Source: Catajapyx aquilonaris (taxonomy: Eukaryota). Taken from it: a DNA stretch of 50,600 bases. The stretch is taken from NCBI GenBank assembly GCA_000934665.2, contig KZ538731.1, positions 1 through 50,600 on the forward strand, written 5' to 3'. Under the pieces are notes generated by a model. It was not told the origin of the DNA and ran no database searches. It saw only the letters and a list, made by a program, of their open reading frames with translations. The first letter of the stretch is position 1. Each line of letters starts with the position of its first letter. Positions 1 to 14,300 of the stretch are shown here, one piece after another. The position numbers were made by a program, and so were the translations under genes.

Positions 1-1354
1 ATCCCGTGCAGAGTTGGGTCGTCTCTGGCTTCGTTTCGGGTGGAATCTCCTCAGACCCCGGGGGAGTTCACAAAATATACCGTTTGAGAATTGCACTCGC
101 ACCTTGCACATCCCCTCCCAGTCAGCCTGCTCGTGGGCCCGGGCGCTACGTCAAAAAGGTTCAATCAAGACGAAATAAAGGTTCCCTCCCTGCGGTACGA
201 TGCAGGGAGGTAAATAGCTAAAAAAAAAGATAGGCATTTCCATGGGAATGCAAATTGGAATTGATGTAAGCTAATTGTTGAGGCAGGAATATGCGTGTTG
301 TGGGAGTTAGGTACATTTTCGGAAGCTGAAACATGCGGCGTTAGATTCCTTGGAAAAAGTAACCCCCGAAATGCTACTTTAAGTCGGTGTTGGGGCCTTC
401 CCCTGGATTTCTATAAGGGACAAACATCCAAACTAACAATGAAGCTTCCTTATTTATATATATAGAGAAGATTATGCATAAATACGAGGGGGTACTCATG
501 TTCCTACTAACAACTAACAAGTGTAGTCCATCTGATTTGTTCCAATTTGGATTGACCTCATTTTTGTATTATTTGCATGGACAACGTTGGTGATTGGTGA
601 CATAAGTCTGAATTTTAAATTTTTTTTAATGGCACTTTTTTTTCGTTTCCTGACACTTTCTATGTTTTTAAATAATAGCCCTCCCTTCTGTACACCAGCA
701 TACTACAGTGCCCCCTTCACCCCTTGTCTAAATATTTCATGCACTGGCAATGTTCTATTATCTTTGATATGCAGAGAAAGTTACACGAGAATGTCATGTG
801 TCTCTAACTCCTCTGACCATTTACTTGCTAAAAAAAGTTCAGTTCACACACCCCTTCCCACTCCAATCTCAACTTTGCTTCAACTGGATGTTTATCGATT
901 GTGATTGACTAGCTATGGTACGGTATATCTTTCTTACAGTCTCCATGTGACTTCTTGCTGAAGTGCCTGCAGTTTCCAAATTACTGCGCTGCTGCTTGCA
1001 TCGGTCTGCAACACTTCCCTGGATAACATGGAAACTTCAAGCTCAACCAGTCATCAGACAATTCATAAGCCAACAAATTCAATGTGATTATAATATTGTT
1101 CTGGATGTCATAACTCTAAGTCCTGCACTGTGTACACACATCAAGGCATCAAGATTGTGACTCCTCCCACCTGAAATTCGAACATGGACTGATTCGGAGG
1201 CTCTATTTCATAGCAGGCTCCAGTCCAGGTCATTATGGTACAGTACTAATAATCTTGTGTTCTAAATTCAAAGTCATTTTGTACACCAAGTGAACTCCCA
1301 AGTGGTGCTCAGGTGAAGATATAAAAATGAATGTCCAATCAAGTCTCAATATAG

Positions 1355-1364
1355 TTTATTTATT
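1355..1364 (-). promoter_or_regulatory. Candidate Rhophilin polyadenylation signals (two overlapping AATAAA)
   Basis: Plus-strand tttatttatt = minus-strand AATAAATAAA, ~940 nt downstream of the stop codon. Confidence 0.4.
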
Positions 1365-2303
1365 TACATGAAAAAAAAACAAATTCCTTGGTCCACATGT
1401 TATTGTACCTCTGGTAATGAGTGCAACTTTAGCATTCCTCAACAAAATAGTTACATCTAGAAAAATTTCTCCATACTGCAAATCCCCTGGCTTTCACATT
1501 CCTTCCCCACATAATTACATATAACTTGAACCATGAAACATAAATCTTGTGTTGGCAGTATCTTTTCTGCAACTTCAAAGCATACAGTAGCATTCAACCA
1601 TATGAAACTTGTGTCGAAGGAACCCTTACAAGAAGTTAAAACATATAACTAATGACACCATTGAACATGACTCATTCATTACATCACGGTACAGTATGTA
1701 GCTACTTGACACCTATGTATTTGGCTTATCAGAAGGGCCACAATGTCACAAGAAAAGGAATCAAATATAGTAACATAGACTTAAATAGGACATTTTTAAA
1801 CCACCATGTATATCTACTTGAGTACAAGTTCCTAAAACTATTGCACAAGACGAAAGGATGTCTGAGTCAACGTGATGGGTCATATTGCACTTCATTTCCC
1901 AATGGAAGAAACACAACTATACATCTCTGGATCTATATATCTGCACTGTACTGTACACCTGTCTGTATTTCCCCATCCCCCCCCCCCTATTCCCACTCTT
2001 TACACATGCACACACACCTCTGAGTATACAAAGGTGAAACAATTACACTGTTGGAATGCACAAATGAAACACATGAGGTTATTCAACAGCAATGTCACAA
2101 ATTAATCCCCCCCCAAAATGGCAAAGTTGCACAAATATTGGCAAAAAAAAACCCAACTCAATATCTTCACATGCCTCGGCAGCAAAAACAGAAAACAGCT
2201 GGATTAACAAAACACACTATGGCAAACAATTTCGAGAATTTTGGCACAAAAAAACGGATCTGGTAAGTGCACATTACTTCACTTTTTTTGCCCAGGCTCT
2301 TCT

Positions 2304-5300
2304 TTATCTCAAAATGACATTTGTTTGATAGAAACAATCTTGCTCCTTCTTGTCTTTCGCTTTTTTGAAGAGATTCCAAGTGAGCTTCTTGGCATCTTTA
2401 CTCTTGGTACTGGCCAAACTTCCAGTTGGTGTGTGGTAACGACTGCAACTACTGCCTGATGACACCCCTGAACTTGAACTTGTGGTTGATGTTGGTGATA
2501 TTGAAGTCTTGTTCAGTGGTTTGGGCTAATGATAAGAACAAATAATAACACTTTAAACTTGACAGATCTCATTCTTCAATAAAATTATGTACCTTTCAAT
2601 AAACATTATTATCCCTGAATATCAAGCTACAAATTGGTCTGAAGTTTCTTACTGGAATCTTTCATTACCAAACATGTTGTCAAAAAATGTAAAATACAAA
2701 ACACCAAACAGTAGCCTACGGTTTTTCTACTCGAGCTAATTTCCACTCCACTTTTGAGCTTTATTTAAGCACTAATAATAATTCTAGGTCTGCCAGGTTA
2801 CCAATGCCTTCATTAAATGTAATTCAGATTATGGAACAATATAAATGTGGTTGCTCTGGTTTGTCTGGTATATTATGCTGCATGTGGAAGACCATGAGAT
2901 ATTCTACAGTTTCAACACTTCAACAGTACTTTAGTTCATAACCTAATTTATAAAACTCACATCCAAAAATGTGAGGTTAAAACTGCATTCAAGACACAAT
3001 ACCTTAAGTGTGCATCCTCGTGAACTGCTATTCTTATCCATGGGTGTTATAACCTTGAGAGCCAGATTATCTCCTGCCTTTTTAATGGCTGCAACAACAT
3101 CCTCATGTGAAGCCCACTTTACATCATTCTCCATGATGCCAACAATGAAGTCGCCCTCCTTCATTCCTCCCAACTAAAAAGACAAACCACTGTAGCAAAT
3201 ATGATCTCTGCCAACAAGAAAAGATTGAAATGCAACTTACAGCAGCAACACTTCCTGAATCAACTCCTGCAATCATGACAGGGGCATCCCCTCTCACACT
3301 GAACCCAAAGCCTTCTCCACTGAGCTTCTTCATGACTATGGTGCGTGGGACAGTCCAGTGATGCTTGGCATTGAAGATGGACACTGGGCCCAGGCCACGG
3401 AACAAGTCCTCCACTTTAAACTGGGAAAAGTCTGGCTGGGCCAGGGTCATCTGAAACTTTGTGGATGCTGCCAAAAACAAAACATTTATGTCAATTCTTT
3501 CCTGTTGCTTGCAAACCATATACCATAATATTAATGATGCAACATGCAAAACTGAAATGGATACTAGGGCCTTTCCTTTGTCCATGCTAAATTACCCTAA
3601 CCCAGGCAGACAATGAATAGTGTTACATACCAACAATATCAGGAGGATCAAGAACTTCTCTGAAGTCATTCTCCTCATCTATGGTGGCATATTTGTCGAA
3701 AGCTCTGTCATGCAGATTCCTCAGAAAGTCATGCAGGGAGTCCTTTTTCTTCAGCTCCCTGCACATACGGTACACCCTCATGCTCTCCTCATGTGAGAGC
3801 ACAGCCTCTCGAAGGTGTGACTTACCTACAATAATCCATTTAGTTAGTGAAATAAACAGCAACTTGACAGAGGCAAGCACAAACTCACCAAGCAGAGTCC
3901 TCTCTTCTTCGTCTCTGGGAACCCGTATGTCAGTCAAAATGTTTTTGTTATCCTTGTCAGCATGGATGAACTGCAGAGCTTCCATAGTCCTAGGACTGAG
4001 TTCACCCATATGATCTATGAGACCCACACCCACATGGTAATGAGAGAGGGCATGGTACAACTCGCGCTTCACCAAAACCAGTGATATCCAAGAGTATGGG
4101 ACATAGTCTTTCACTGGTGGAGAGGAAATGCCGATGTGTACCCTCTGGTACTCTTCCATCACCTGGGAACACCAACAGTTCAGGAATGTATTAAATATCA
4201 TCATGCAAATTTCCAACATGCTACAATCATAAGGTAAGAGATACTGATTGTTATACAACATTGCATAGTAAATGTGTAACACCAAACTGACCTGAGATGC
4301 TTCTTGTCCAATCTCCAAGCAAGCATCAATGCTCATCTTGCTCTTGCAAGATAGCACCAGCTTCTCAAATAATGATTCCCGAGCTTGTGCCTAAAGGAAA
4401 AAAAATAATAATAAGTTATCAGCACAAGACTTCAATCCATTATTAGCATACACATAAATACTGTATATCAGAGCCACCGACTCCTTACCAGCATCAGTTG
4501 AACCAGCATCTCCAACATTTCTGGGCTCAGATCCATGCTAGGAGCATTTGTGAAGTTCTCGTGAATGTACCTGAAGGTCCCTGCTGCCCTCAGGAAGTTG
4601 TCCACAGCACTGTCCAGTCCTGAGCTGGTCAGCCTGTCCTGCTTGGCACCAAGCTGGGTGTACAGGGCACCAATGTTGAACAGGAGGGAAGCCTTCTCAA
4701 AGGCAACGGTTCTCTGACAACTGGGAATACCTGTCAGAGAGTCATACCTGGAACAAAGTTCAAACATGATGAACATGCATTTGGGCCCTTAAAACTGGGT
4801 ATTAACAAGGAAACAGCTGCATTTCAACTTTGCTTCCAAATGCACCAGAGAGATCTGTCATCAATGGAACCTCATTAGCTCAAATAACAAGCAAAGCAAA
4901 ACATGTTACTCTTCATACTGCAGCATGACGGCATAAAACAAGGTCGACCAGAGGGAGAGTATACCCTGTGAGAGCCAGCTCTCGTAAAGTAGGGCAAATT
5001 ATGATTTCAACCTTCCCCTAAAATTTATTGGATGTTTTAATAACTGCTATTGAATATCTACGATAATGCCATGTGTGGATATGCAAGACTGGCAGGTTGT
5101 CCATAAATTACAGGAAGTCCCTGGTCTAAGAACAGGGTTACATTCCTGAAAATGTCTTTAAGTTGAGGAACTGCGAATACATGCTGGGTACAGATGCTGC
5201 TTCAACGAACCACTTACGTCGTGTGTTAGTTTACAGGAGCAGAAGAACGTAAGATTCCCAATTATTTATTTATTATACAGTACTTATGATTAACTTGGTG

Positions 5301-8300
5301 TCAGTAAACATACGCAGAAGTGATTTAGAGTGGAGGAATAATTATAAATCACCCTTATGGAGAGCCTTGGGAGCCCGTTCGTAAGTACGGATAGCCGTAA
5401 GTCTGGTCGTTTGTAAACCGGAGACCTCCTGTATAAATGTGAACGCTTTGTTAATTTTCAGAGTGGGAGGAAGGTTGCATTTCATAAAAATTTGTCAAGT
5501 GATAGTGCCAGAATCCTCACAAGTGCCCATTGACTGATACGTGTGGGCAGGGTTCTGTTCTCTCTATTCTTCCCTTCTCTGAAGAAATATAAGTTTGTAC
5601 TTGCCATATCCTTCACTTCACAGACAAAACTCACCCTATACGAGAATACCCTGCCCTACACCAGCATGTAGCTACAACCCCCAAATGTACTTATTTCTTA
5701 TGTCTAGTCAACCCCATTTTAACTTTATGTGCGTATTAGTTTTGTTATACTGAAAATGTCCCCAGAATTTCACGAAGAAACATATTTAATACGTCAAATG
5801 ATGCAAGGAAATTGTGAATTCTCCAGACATCAGCACAGGAACAAGCTCAGTGCCTGATAAAGGTGAACTTTAATGCACTATTAAATATTGTTCCCCATGT
5901 AAATAATATCTGCCTTAAGGTGCGTTCACACGTGAGCAATTTTATCAAGCGATGTATCGCTGAGTAACCCGAGTAACCAATATTGTTTGAGGTGAAAGTA
6001 ACAATCGATTTTCATCTCAAACAATACTGGTTACACGGGTTATTCTGCGATGCATCGCTTGGCAATCAAATCACTCATGTGCATGTAAATGCACCTTTAG
6101 ACTTGTTAGCACTGTCACGAAATAGTACTTTTCGCCCTTAGTATTACCTGGTCAAGAAAAATGACTGCTTATTACAACATTCAAAACCAATCTTATTATC
6201 CTCAGATCAGGTCAAGGATATGATGCTCACCATTCAAAGTATATTCCAAGGCTTCGTTCAGGTGGGCAGAATCGCCTTTCTACATAGTAGAGCTGGTTGT
6301 AATACTCATAGAGGAGACGTACTCCATTTGCGTTGCGAGTTGGAGTGCGCATAGCCTGCAAATGGCAAACAATTTCAGCCTCAAAGTAGGCATTCCCAGT
6401 GTTATTTCATTCTCTTAACTGGATAATAAAATAATACACCTACCTGCCTGGTGTCCATAAATTCTGCAATAACATCTTCATAATTGGATCCATCTTCACT
6501 GTAATGCTCCAGTATGAAGTCCTGCAAATAATGTTATTAGGATACACGTTCAAAAAAGTACCTCAGGCAATGTAATACTTTACCTTGAACAGTTCTCGAA
6601 AGTCAATCTCCTTCGTCTCCTTCAACCCTAATGGAATCATTGGCACCACGAGCTGTGAACTGGAAATATAAGGGCAATGGTCTTAATTCTCTCGAGAATA
6701 TCTGTGCCAATTATGCATTATATTACCCAATATCCCAGTTCACCACTTTATTTTCTTTTCTTAGTGAAAGGGGAGTGACCTACCCTCCACTCTGATAGAT
6801 TTCCACCGAGCTGTTCAGTTCAGCAAGCTGCTCCTTTAGAAGTTGAAGGTTGGAATTAAAGAAACTCAATTCTAATGCCACAGTGTCCTTCAGCTTTTTG
6901 TTGGTTGTTGCTCTGAAATATAGAAAAAGTTCGAATTAGTACATCAGTAGCATATGATTTGCATGAGCACCATTCAACTCATAGTTGCTGCAATGTGACA
7001 ATTTGTTTCCAGCAGAATGTGCATATTATCAGAACTTAGTACACCCTGCTTCAGAGTTTCTTGCAGGATGTACTTAATAAAATGATCCTTCCTCCATAAA
7101 AATGGGCAAAGCAGTTCAAGTGACACAATGTCCTGCAGTGCATAATGGTGTACAGAACGTGGTCTCCTGAGAGTTTTTGCTGCGGTTATGGAGTGCATAT
7201 AATGTGAGGGATACGGTTTAACGTATGCGGAAATGATATCTTTTATCCTGTCCACATTATTTCGCTACACCCGACTCCACAAGCGGGATAAGTAGCACGT
7301 CGCGAATAGTGATGCCGGTTCTCCATTGCATTTGTTTGCAATGGCGATATTAGCTATATAATGCCCCATAAAAAGGCCTACTCTCTTGCATCATGTGGAA
7401 CAAACAAGTCGTGATCCACGAAAGTAAGCCTGACACGGTGCCCCACGGGGTCAAATGGCAGCATTCCATCCAGCATCCCTGGCTGACCTGTTGTTGCTGG
7501 ATGATGCTTCGTATACTATGTGGTGGCGCCTACTCATCTCCAACACACATGGAAGTGTGGCGCCTCCGGTCCCGTTATGCAACCCTTTTCCTTTTGCCCC
7601 CGAATAGCGCCATTGTACACGGTCGCCGCCAGCTGGAAACACTGCCTCTTCCTATTCCTCTTCGCACATAAGTGTGTGTGTGCTGCAATCCCGTCGGATA
7701 TGGCGCGATTGTCTTCGCACCAACAATCCATCACTTCCTCATTCCTCCATTGTCTTACTTGCCATTGCAATTCTCAGGATACAAACCCCTTATTTGCCGC
7801 CTAGACGCAGTTAGGTCGATCAACACAACAGCAAGCACTGTTGGCCTTGTTTTGTGCTGATGTCAAGTTCGTCGACATTCCGCTCTCCTATACCACACCT
7901 TCGTTCGTATCTTGGCCTTCTAAATAGAGCAAGTTGGGAAGGCGGGGGAGAGTGCCTTGCATCACGCCAAGGCAAGACCTTGTGATCCGATGTAGTCAAC
8001 CTGCAATTATTGCAAATTCACTCCCACTAATCCCAAGCTGGCAAAAAGCACCCGGCCTTGGCCTTCCACAAGCAGACTCCAGCAGACAGCAGTTTTACCC
8101 CCTGCATCCTTGGAATGTTGTCGTTGACCTCCATTTTTGGCTCTGGCTCCCAACTTTCCACCTGCTTATTATTATTATTATATTCCGAATGCATGGAGGA
8201 ACTCCGATGGGGAGGAAAACCACAGGACTCGGAGAGGATACCCAAAACCAAGGAAGATTTCTTTCCGCATCAACATTTCCAGGATGAATTATGTATGTAG

Positions 8301-11300
8301 TTGCAAAATGGCTGCAGAGATCGTATCAGGCATTTGCATAGACCAGTACGGTTCCAGAGATAAGCCAGACGCTTAAATATTCTGCAACTTTTGCAGTTTG
8401 TAACGGGAATTCTAGTAAAGTAAACCAACATTCTTATCTGCGTATAATCTACTAATTTCAACCGTCCAGAGATCGTCATAATCTCCCCAGTTCTGCACGC
8501 CATCGTGTTAATTGTCCGACCCAATGTACCCTGACACGCTCAAAATCGACCAAATATGTTGGGCCAATCATTGTAACAGCGAAGGGTAAAACTTTACGTA
8601 TATGGGCTGCTTTTTGGAAGCATCCTAAAGATGATGGATGGAGCCATCTTTTCATTGTGTAGTACAACAACGAATATAATATATTGCAGTTGCGATGTGA
8701 ATAAGCCGACAGCATTTTCTAAAGTTATTGCCTCTGCAGTTGAGTAACATTCACTACCGGCAGGCTACTGATGAATAATGTCACCTAAGATGGCGGTAAA
8801 AGTGGGCTGACACAGTCACCATGCATATCAGGTAGCCCATTTTAAGACATGCCCTTAATTATTATCAGCCGCTTTCATTAATAATGATAATCAGATAGCT
8901 ATAACAACAAAACATGGCATTCAAATTTCTGACTTTCCTTCGTGTACTAAAACTACTGCATATAGGGCCCAAAAGCTGTCTACGCCAATGCGATCACGAA
9001 GAGGCACAAAAATATACATTTCAGAGTTCCTATGGCATAAGATTCATTTTGTCAAGAGGACACTGAAATGTAACCGATTCCTCTGAAATGGCCTATGTAA
9101 CTTATGACTGATAATAATGTAGTCCTAAATGTCTATTGACACACTTTCAAATGCGAAGTTAAATCACAAGTAACTATTGACAGGCAAGTATACGTTCACC
9201 TCGCCCAATAACAATATGTAACATTATTGACGTGGAACCAAAAATTATGCGACTTTTGCAAGACACATGACACAAGGCACACAGTTTCAGCTCCGCGGGG
9301 CTGAAATGTTTTATTATCCAACATTTCACGCGTTTTGCATTTTTAGGATAGGCTCCCTCAGAGCGTATATATAGTGCCGTACCGTTTCCATATTCCCACA
9401 AAAACGTTTTTGTCCAGTGAGTTTTTTCTGCCAACTAATTACGCCCTACCCTACACACAACAGGTCCCCACACCTCATCCCGTCCATCAATTGATACGTC
9501 GAGCGAAACCACTATAGAAAACCTGGTGTGTGGTTGCAATATCTACTGTATACAATGACGTCCGTTCTACAGTGTAACAATAAAGATAACGCCTACTAAC
9601 AGCAAGTACTACAGAGAGAAAATTATTACATCATGTACCACTACAATCTACCCTGCGGCATAACAGTATAACGGGAGAAGATTATACTCCAGAATGCATG
9701 TGTTGGCAGCATAAGTGCATATCTACGTTAGATGTCAAATTACAAACTGTAACAATAGGAGCTTAACGAGAGTGTTCCTCTTCCCAATTTGCCTGCCTTG
9801 GCTTATTACTTAGTTATTACGAACACTTGATGCGTTTATCCCACTCTATAGGACACAGAGGCCTACTAAATTCGGCGAAACGGGATTCAGCGCCACAGAA
9901 ACTCGACCCTTCTGGGGCAGTAGCTCCAATGTCCTTTTCAGGACAGATTTTGGACATTTGCAATGCTCAAGAATAATCGCACAGTTATCTGTGGCCTACA
10001 TATTTTCTCACACATTTGGAACAGTGGGCAGTTCCATCCTACCTCGTTGTGTTTAAACCAGGTAGTAATGCAATGCATGAAAGCACCCGCAGTCAAAAAT
10101 TATTGCCGGAAAACCGAATCTCACCAACCCCACTATTATTCAGGATTACATGAAGACCCTGGCATGACCTTCTCTCATCCGAGGGAGTACCGCATTTGGC
10201 GACCATATGAAAATCCACCCAAGTGTATCTAAACTTGCTTTACAACACATAATAAAGAACATCCATAAAGGACGTCATGCTGGTTGAAGAGAAGGTAGGG
10301 AGGGGGATGCCGAGATTTGCGTGACGAACCGTGACATCGCACGAGATAAGACATTTTGGACCACCACTATCCAGCGTAATAATCACAGTTGTTGATCAAT
10401 TTTTACACTGGAGAGGCTCAATAATTAAGATGTCCATTACAAGGAGGTCCCCAACATCCAAAATGAGAATGGTCCCTGGCTATGGATGTCCCAAAAGTGC
10501 ACATCCCTGCAGTCGGTCGCGTCCTGCGGCCAGGAAGCTTCTGCCTCTAAAGAGTCTAAACAACAACCACCTGTCGTGTGGTAGAAATCAACGTGGGATG
10601 TGTGGTCAGAAATATCTCTCAAGCGGGCAGAGCGGCCTACGTGGTGGAATGGCCACTTTTGTCCCGTGTGAATCAAACTGAGAACTTTCCACTAATGTAC
10701 GATCAGCCACAGACGTTGCGGAACTTCCTGGTCTAGAACGGTGGTCAGTTGAACTTTTGTCACGATTCTGCCTGGCCGTGATTCATATATGTAACAGAAA
10801 AATTCCGTCCATGCAACAACCTATTGCACCCCAGGTGCATATGACTGGAGGTGTTTCCCTGTTGAAAATATCAAGCGTGCCTCTTATTCCCTTATTCTTC
10901 TCCGGTTCCACCTCGGTGCCTCTCTTCTTCCCTTGTTTCAACGGCGCCCAGGCGGAAAATGTGGGAGCTGCCGGTTATTTTTCCCGAGGCCATGGCATAA
11001 ACTTGTCTACCCCATACCGCTCGTACCGCTGCAGCAACGTCTCCGGAAAATCCATGCCCCATTGATGACACCTACATAAACTGGAAATTGGGTGTGGTGG
11101 ACTTTCTTCGTCCAGAGGGAAAGCCGCGGTCGTGATCGAGCTCAATAGCTTGGAAGCATTCAGCATCCAGGACCCATCGTTACAACCGGGCGGGGTTTCT
11201 GGGTCGTCTGGACATCTATGTAGGTTTTCCTCTACTTCATGGACCAATGTTATGGCCCTTTAACCAACATGTCAACGTCCCGAACAGTGGCAACGACTGG

Positions 11301-14300
11301 GCTGATACATCTCGAGAGGGGTCGTTAAGCACGCGCTTCAGTGTTCGAGCAAACGTCTCTTATTTACACGGAATCCAGCCCAGGTCATCACTCCCCAAGA
11401 CCTTTCCGTGACACTTGTTTCTCTTTTCCAGAGGAAGTTGAGTCAACTAAACACACGGGAGCGCCCACCTCGAGGGTATATGCTCTCCAGCAACAGCATG
11501 CAACTATATAATACTCACTTGAAGAGGTTCTCTGCTCCGGCTCGAAGCCGCATTTCCTTGTTGATCTCTTGGTTGAGCTTGGATCGCTTATTCTGAAGTT
11601 TTCCACGGCAAGTGGCCGCTCGAGGGTCAGAGCCCTGCAAAAGGAGATGGAACAATACTGTTAGCACAACAGCTGTGATACACTGCACAAGCTAATATAT
11701 TAAGCACTTGTTGCCGTCAAACAAACCGTTGGGTAGTAATGTGCGTATGGGAACCACTCAGTCACGTCGCTCGCGCATAAAGGTGTAAACATCATTCGAA
11801 AGACGTATATGCAAATTGGATGAGAATTTTTCACACCAGCCCTATTGATACGACGATTGCTGCTCGGATTTGAACATGTAAATGCGCGATATCGCTCTAC
11901 GACAACTAATATTGTCGGCAAGATTGCAGCTAAGGCTGGCAGAGCTTCTGCCACAAAATGAGCCAGTCATTCTAATTATCTAGGTCCTTGGACCCGTGAT
12001 GGCGCCAGTGCAGTGACACAACTCGGTCGAGTCAATGATATCTGGAAGAGCCCCCATAAAACCCCTATAGTAACAGAAAGGTATTTACCGAGAATAATTA
12101 GGTGCATTACCCAGAGATCACGCTCTGGCGGACGTGAAACAAGTTTGCATGAAGGTCTCATACCCCTTCTTTTGAGCAGGAATGTCACGTCTTATCCGGA
12201 AGTACGCTCTCTGAAGCGTTTTCGAATCCTCCTGACCCCCTGGGCTACAGTCCGTTCACTGTGTAATGGTAATAGTAGTGGCAAATGCGAGTCTACATAG
12301 GCAGCCGACATGCAGCAAAGAAGAGGCCACTTCCCTCGATCTCTCGGTAAAAGTAGGTCTTCAACATCAGCCCTGAAGGGGCAATATTTCTCGCATTAAC
12401 TTTTCCATCTTGATGGAAAAATCAGGCTGGCAAAAGGTCGCGGCACCCCGCGGTTTTGTAGTTCAAAAAACCATTAGTAATCCCGATATCTAATTGTTTC
12501 CCCAGCAAAAAAATGGGGGTCCTTGGAATCTCCAGCATGGTGGGTGCAGCAAAAGAAAGTCTCGAAGGATTCTAGCAGCAGAAAGCACGGAAGTGGTGGG
12601 GGTTGGAGAGCACGAGAGGTGCTTTCGGAAGCACAGCGTGCCAGCGGAAGGTGGTTGATGTGGCAGAGAGGTACAAAAATCTTGGAAGGAAAAAAAAAAA
12701 ACTTTCCCTCTCGCCCACATGATTTCACTCCAAACGACAGGAAAAGAAGAGCGTCACGTCTTATCCTCACTGTCACTACTGACAGGTCGTCATCCTTCAA
12801 CGACCTGGCTCTTAAAATAAACATCTCATTATTTTGCTTCCAATATGGTACTCTCCTACTTTCGATAATGCCAGGGTCACGAAACGTCCATTTTTTGTCC
12901 CCATAAGTCTTGAAGGCATGCGCATCCGGAACTATCCGCATTCTTTCGACCAATTTTTCAATTCGTAACCCAACACAAGTGGTCCTCCAAACGCACGGTA
13001 AATCATTAGCCTACTCTGGCAAGGTTAAACAACACAAACTGTCGTGCAGGTAACCAACGTGTAATAACGGTATGGTTTTTTTTTATATGAAACGGTTTGA
13101 ACTCTGTGTATAATAATCGGCAGCTAATGACTCCTTTCGGACAACACTTCGCACCATTTTCCAAAATTCTCGTACCGGTACACCACTTGAGCAAATACAG
13201 GTGAACAATCCGGTAAACCAAGGGCAAGATTTCACGGCCCTGTATTACAACGCCGTCTGAACTGTACTTTTTTCAAACCGTTGTACAATATTGTATAGCA
13301 CCAGCTCAGAAAGGCGTAACTAAGAGCGTACATGTTTTCGAGCTGACCTTTGCGATGTTGTGGCTGCCTTCAGTCGAACCGCATATTAAAAGCAAGCAAA
13401 AACGGCTGTAAACTTGTTTTCGATCCGAACAGAGACCAGCTTTAATTAACTTAAATCCCACGCCCGCATTTGCAGCCTACATGATCAATTTTGTAACTAA
13501 AAACGAGGCGTGGTGCACCCAGATGTCCTATGATGGATAGGGTGACAATGCTGATGAATTTACCTTCCTGACAGCCCGCAGGTGTGCCCTCGCCAACGCA
13601 GCTTGTGCCATGATCCCAACTGGCAATCCTAAAATCCAAGGATACAGTGTCTCACTCCACCATTCAAGTCGACTGCGCGCACCGAGCAAGCCCGCCTCTC
13701 TCTCTGTGGGCCTTCGACTCCTTCGCCTCCCGCACACTGCCTTCCTTCCTGCCCAGGCCACAACCAGCCCAAGAACTGGCCAGCTACACACACAACCCGC
13801 TCTGAGGCTCCCGACACGGTCCTCGCACTCGTTTCTGCCCAAGCCTGCCAACCAACCAAACCACTAGGCTCCTCTCAAGCGGGGCAGGTTGATCCATCCA
13901 TCTAATGTTGATGGCCTTCCAGAAGGTTCATTGCAGCCAGCCGATATTGCAGATTATTTGCATATCGACAAGAATCGGGGTCGTTAAGTCGAGACACCTG
14001 TCAGTGTCGCAAGGGTGCATGATGCGAATAGTAATGACTGGAATTTGTCAGCAAGATAACGCCTTGCAGTTACAATACAATGAATCCAAGGTGTTTAATT
14101 GGAGAAATGTGCGCGGCATAATAACACTGCGTGTGTGGCTGACACTATATGTAAAGAGGAAATTAGCACACATATCTTGGATGAACTATTTTGGTTCACT
14201 TTTCTTGCGTCAAATCCGAGAGATTCTGGTGCATATGTGGCCCAAATATTTATTTACCTTACAATTTTGTATGGAGAAATGTTAAGTCCATGAATTTTTT

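Noticed and set aside
483..500. Mariner-like terminus TACGAGGGGGTAC
   Set aside because: No matching inverted partner found.
7393..8376. Cluster of short ORFs in Rhophilin intron 2
   Set aside because: No recognisable protein motif or consistent splice structure.
12474..12953. 159-aa minus-strand ORF / possible extra first exon
   Set aside because: No recognisable homology and only a moderate donor (ACA|GTGAGG).
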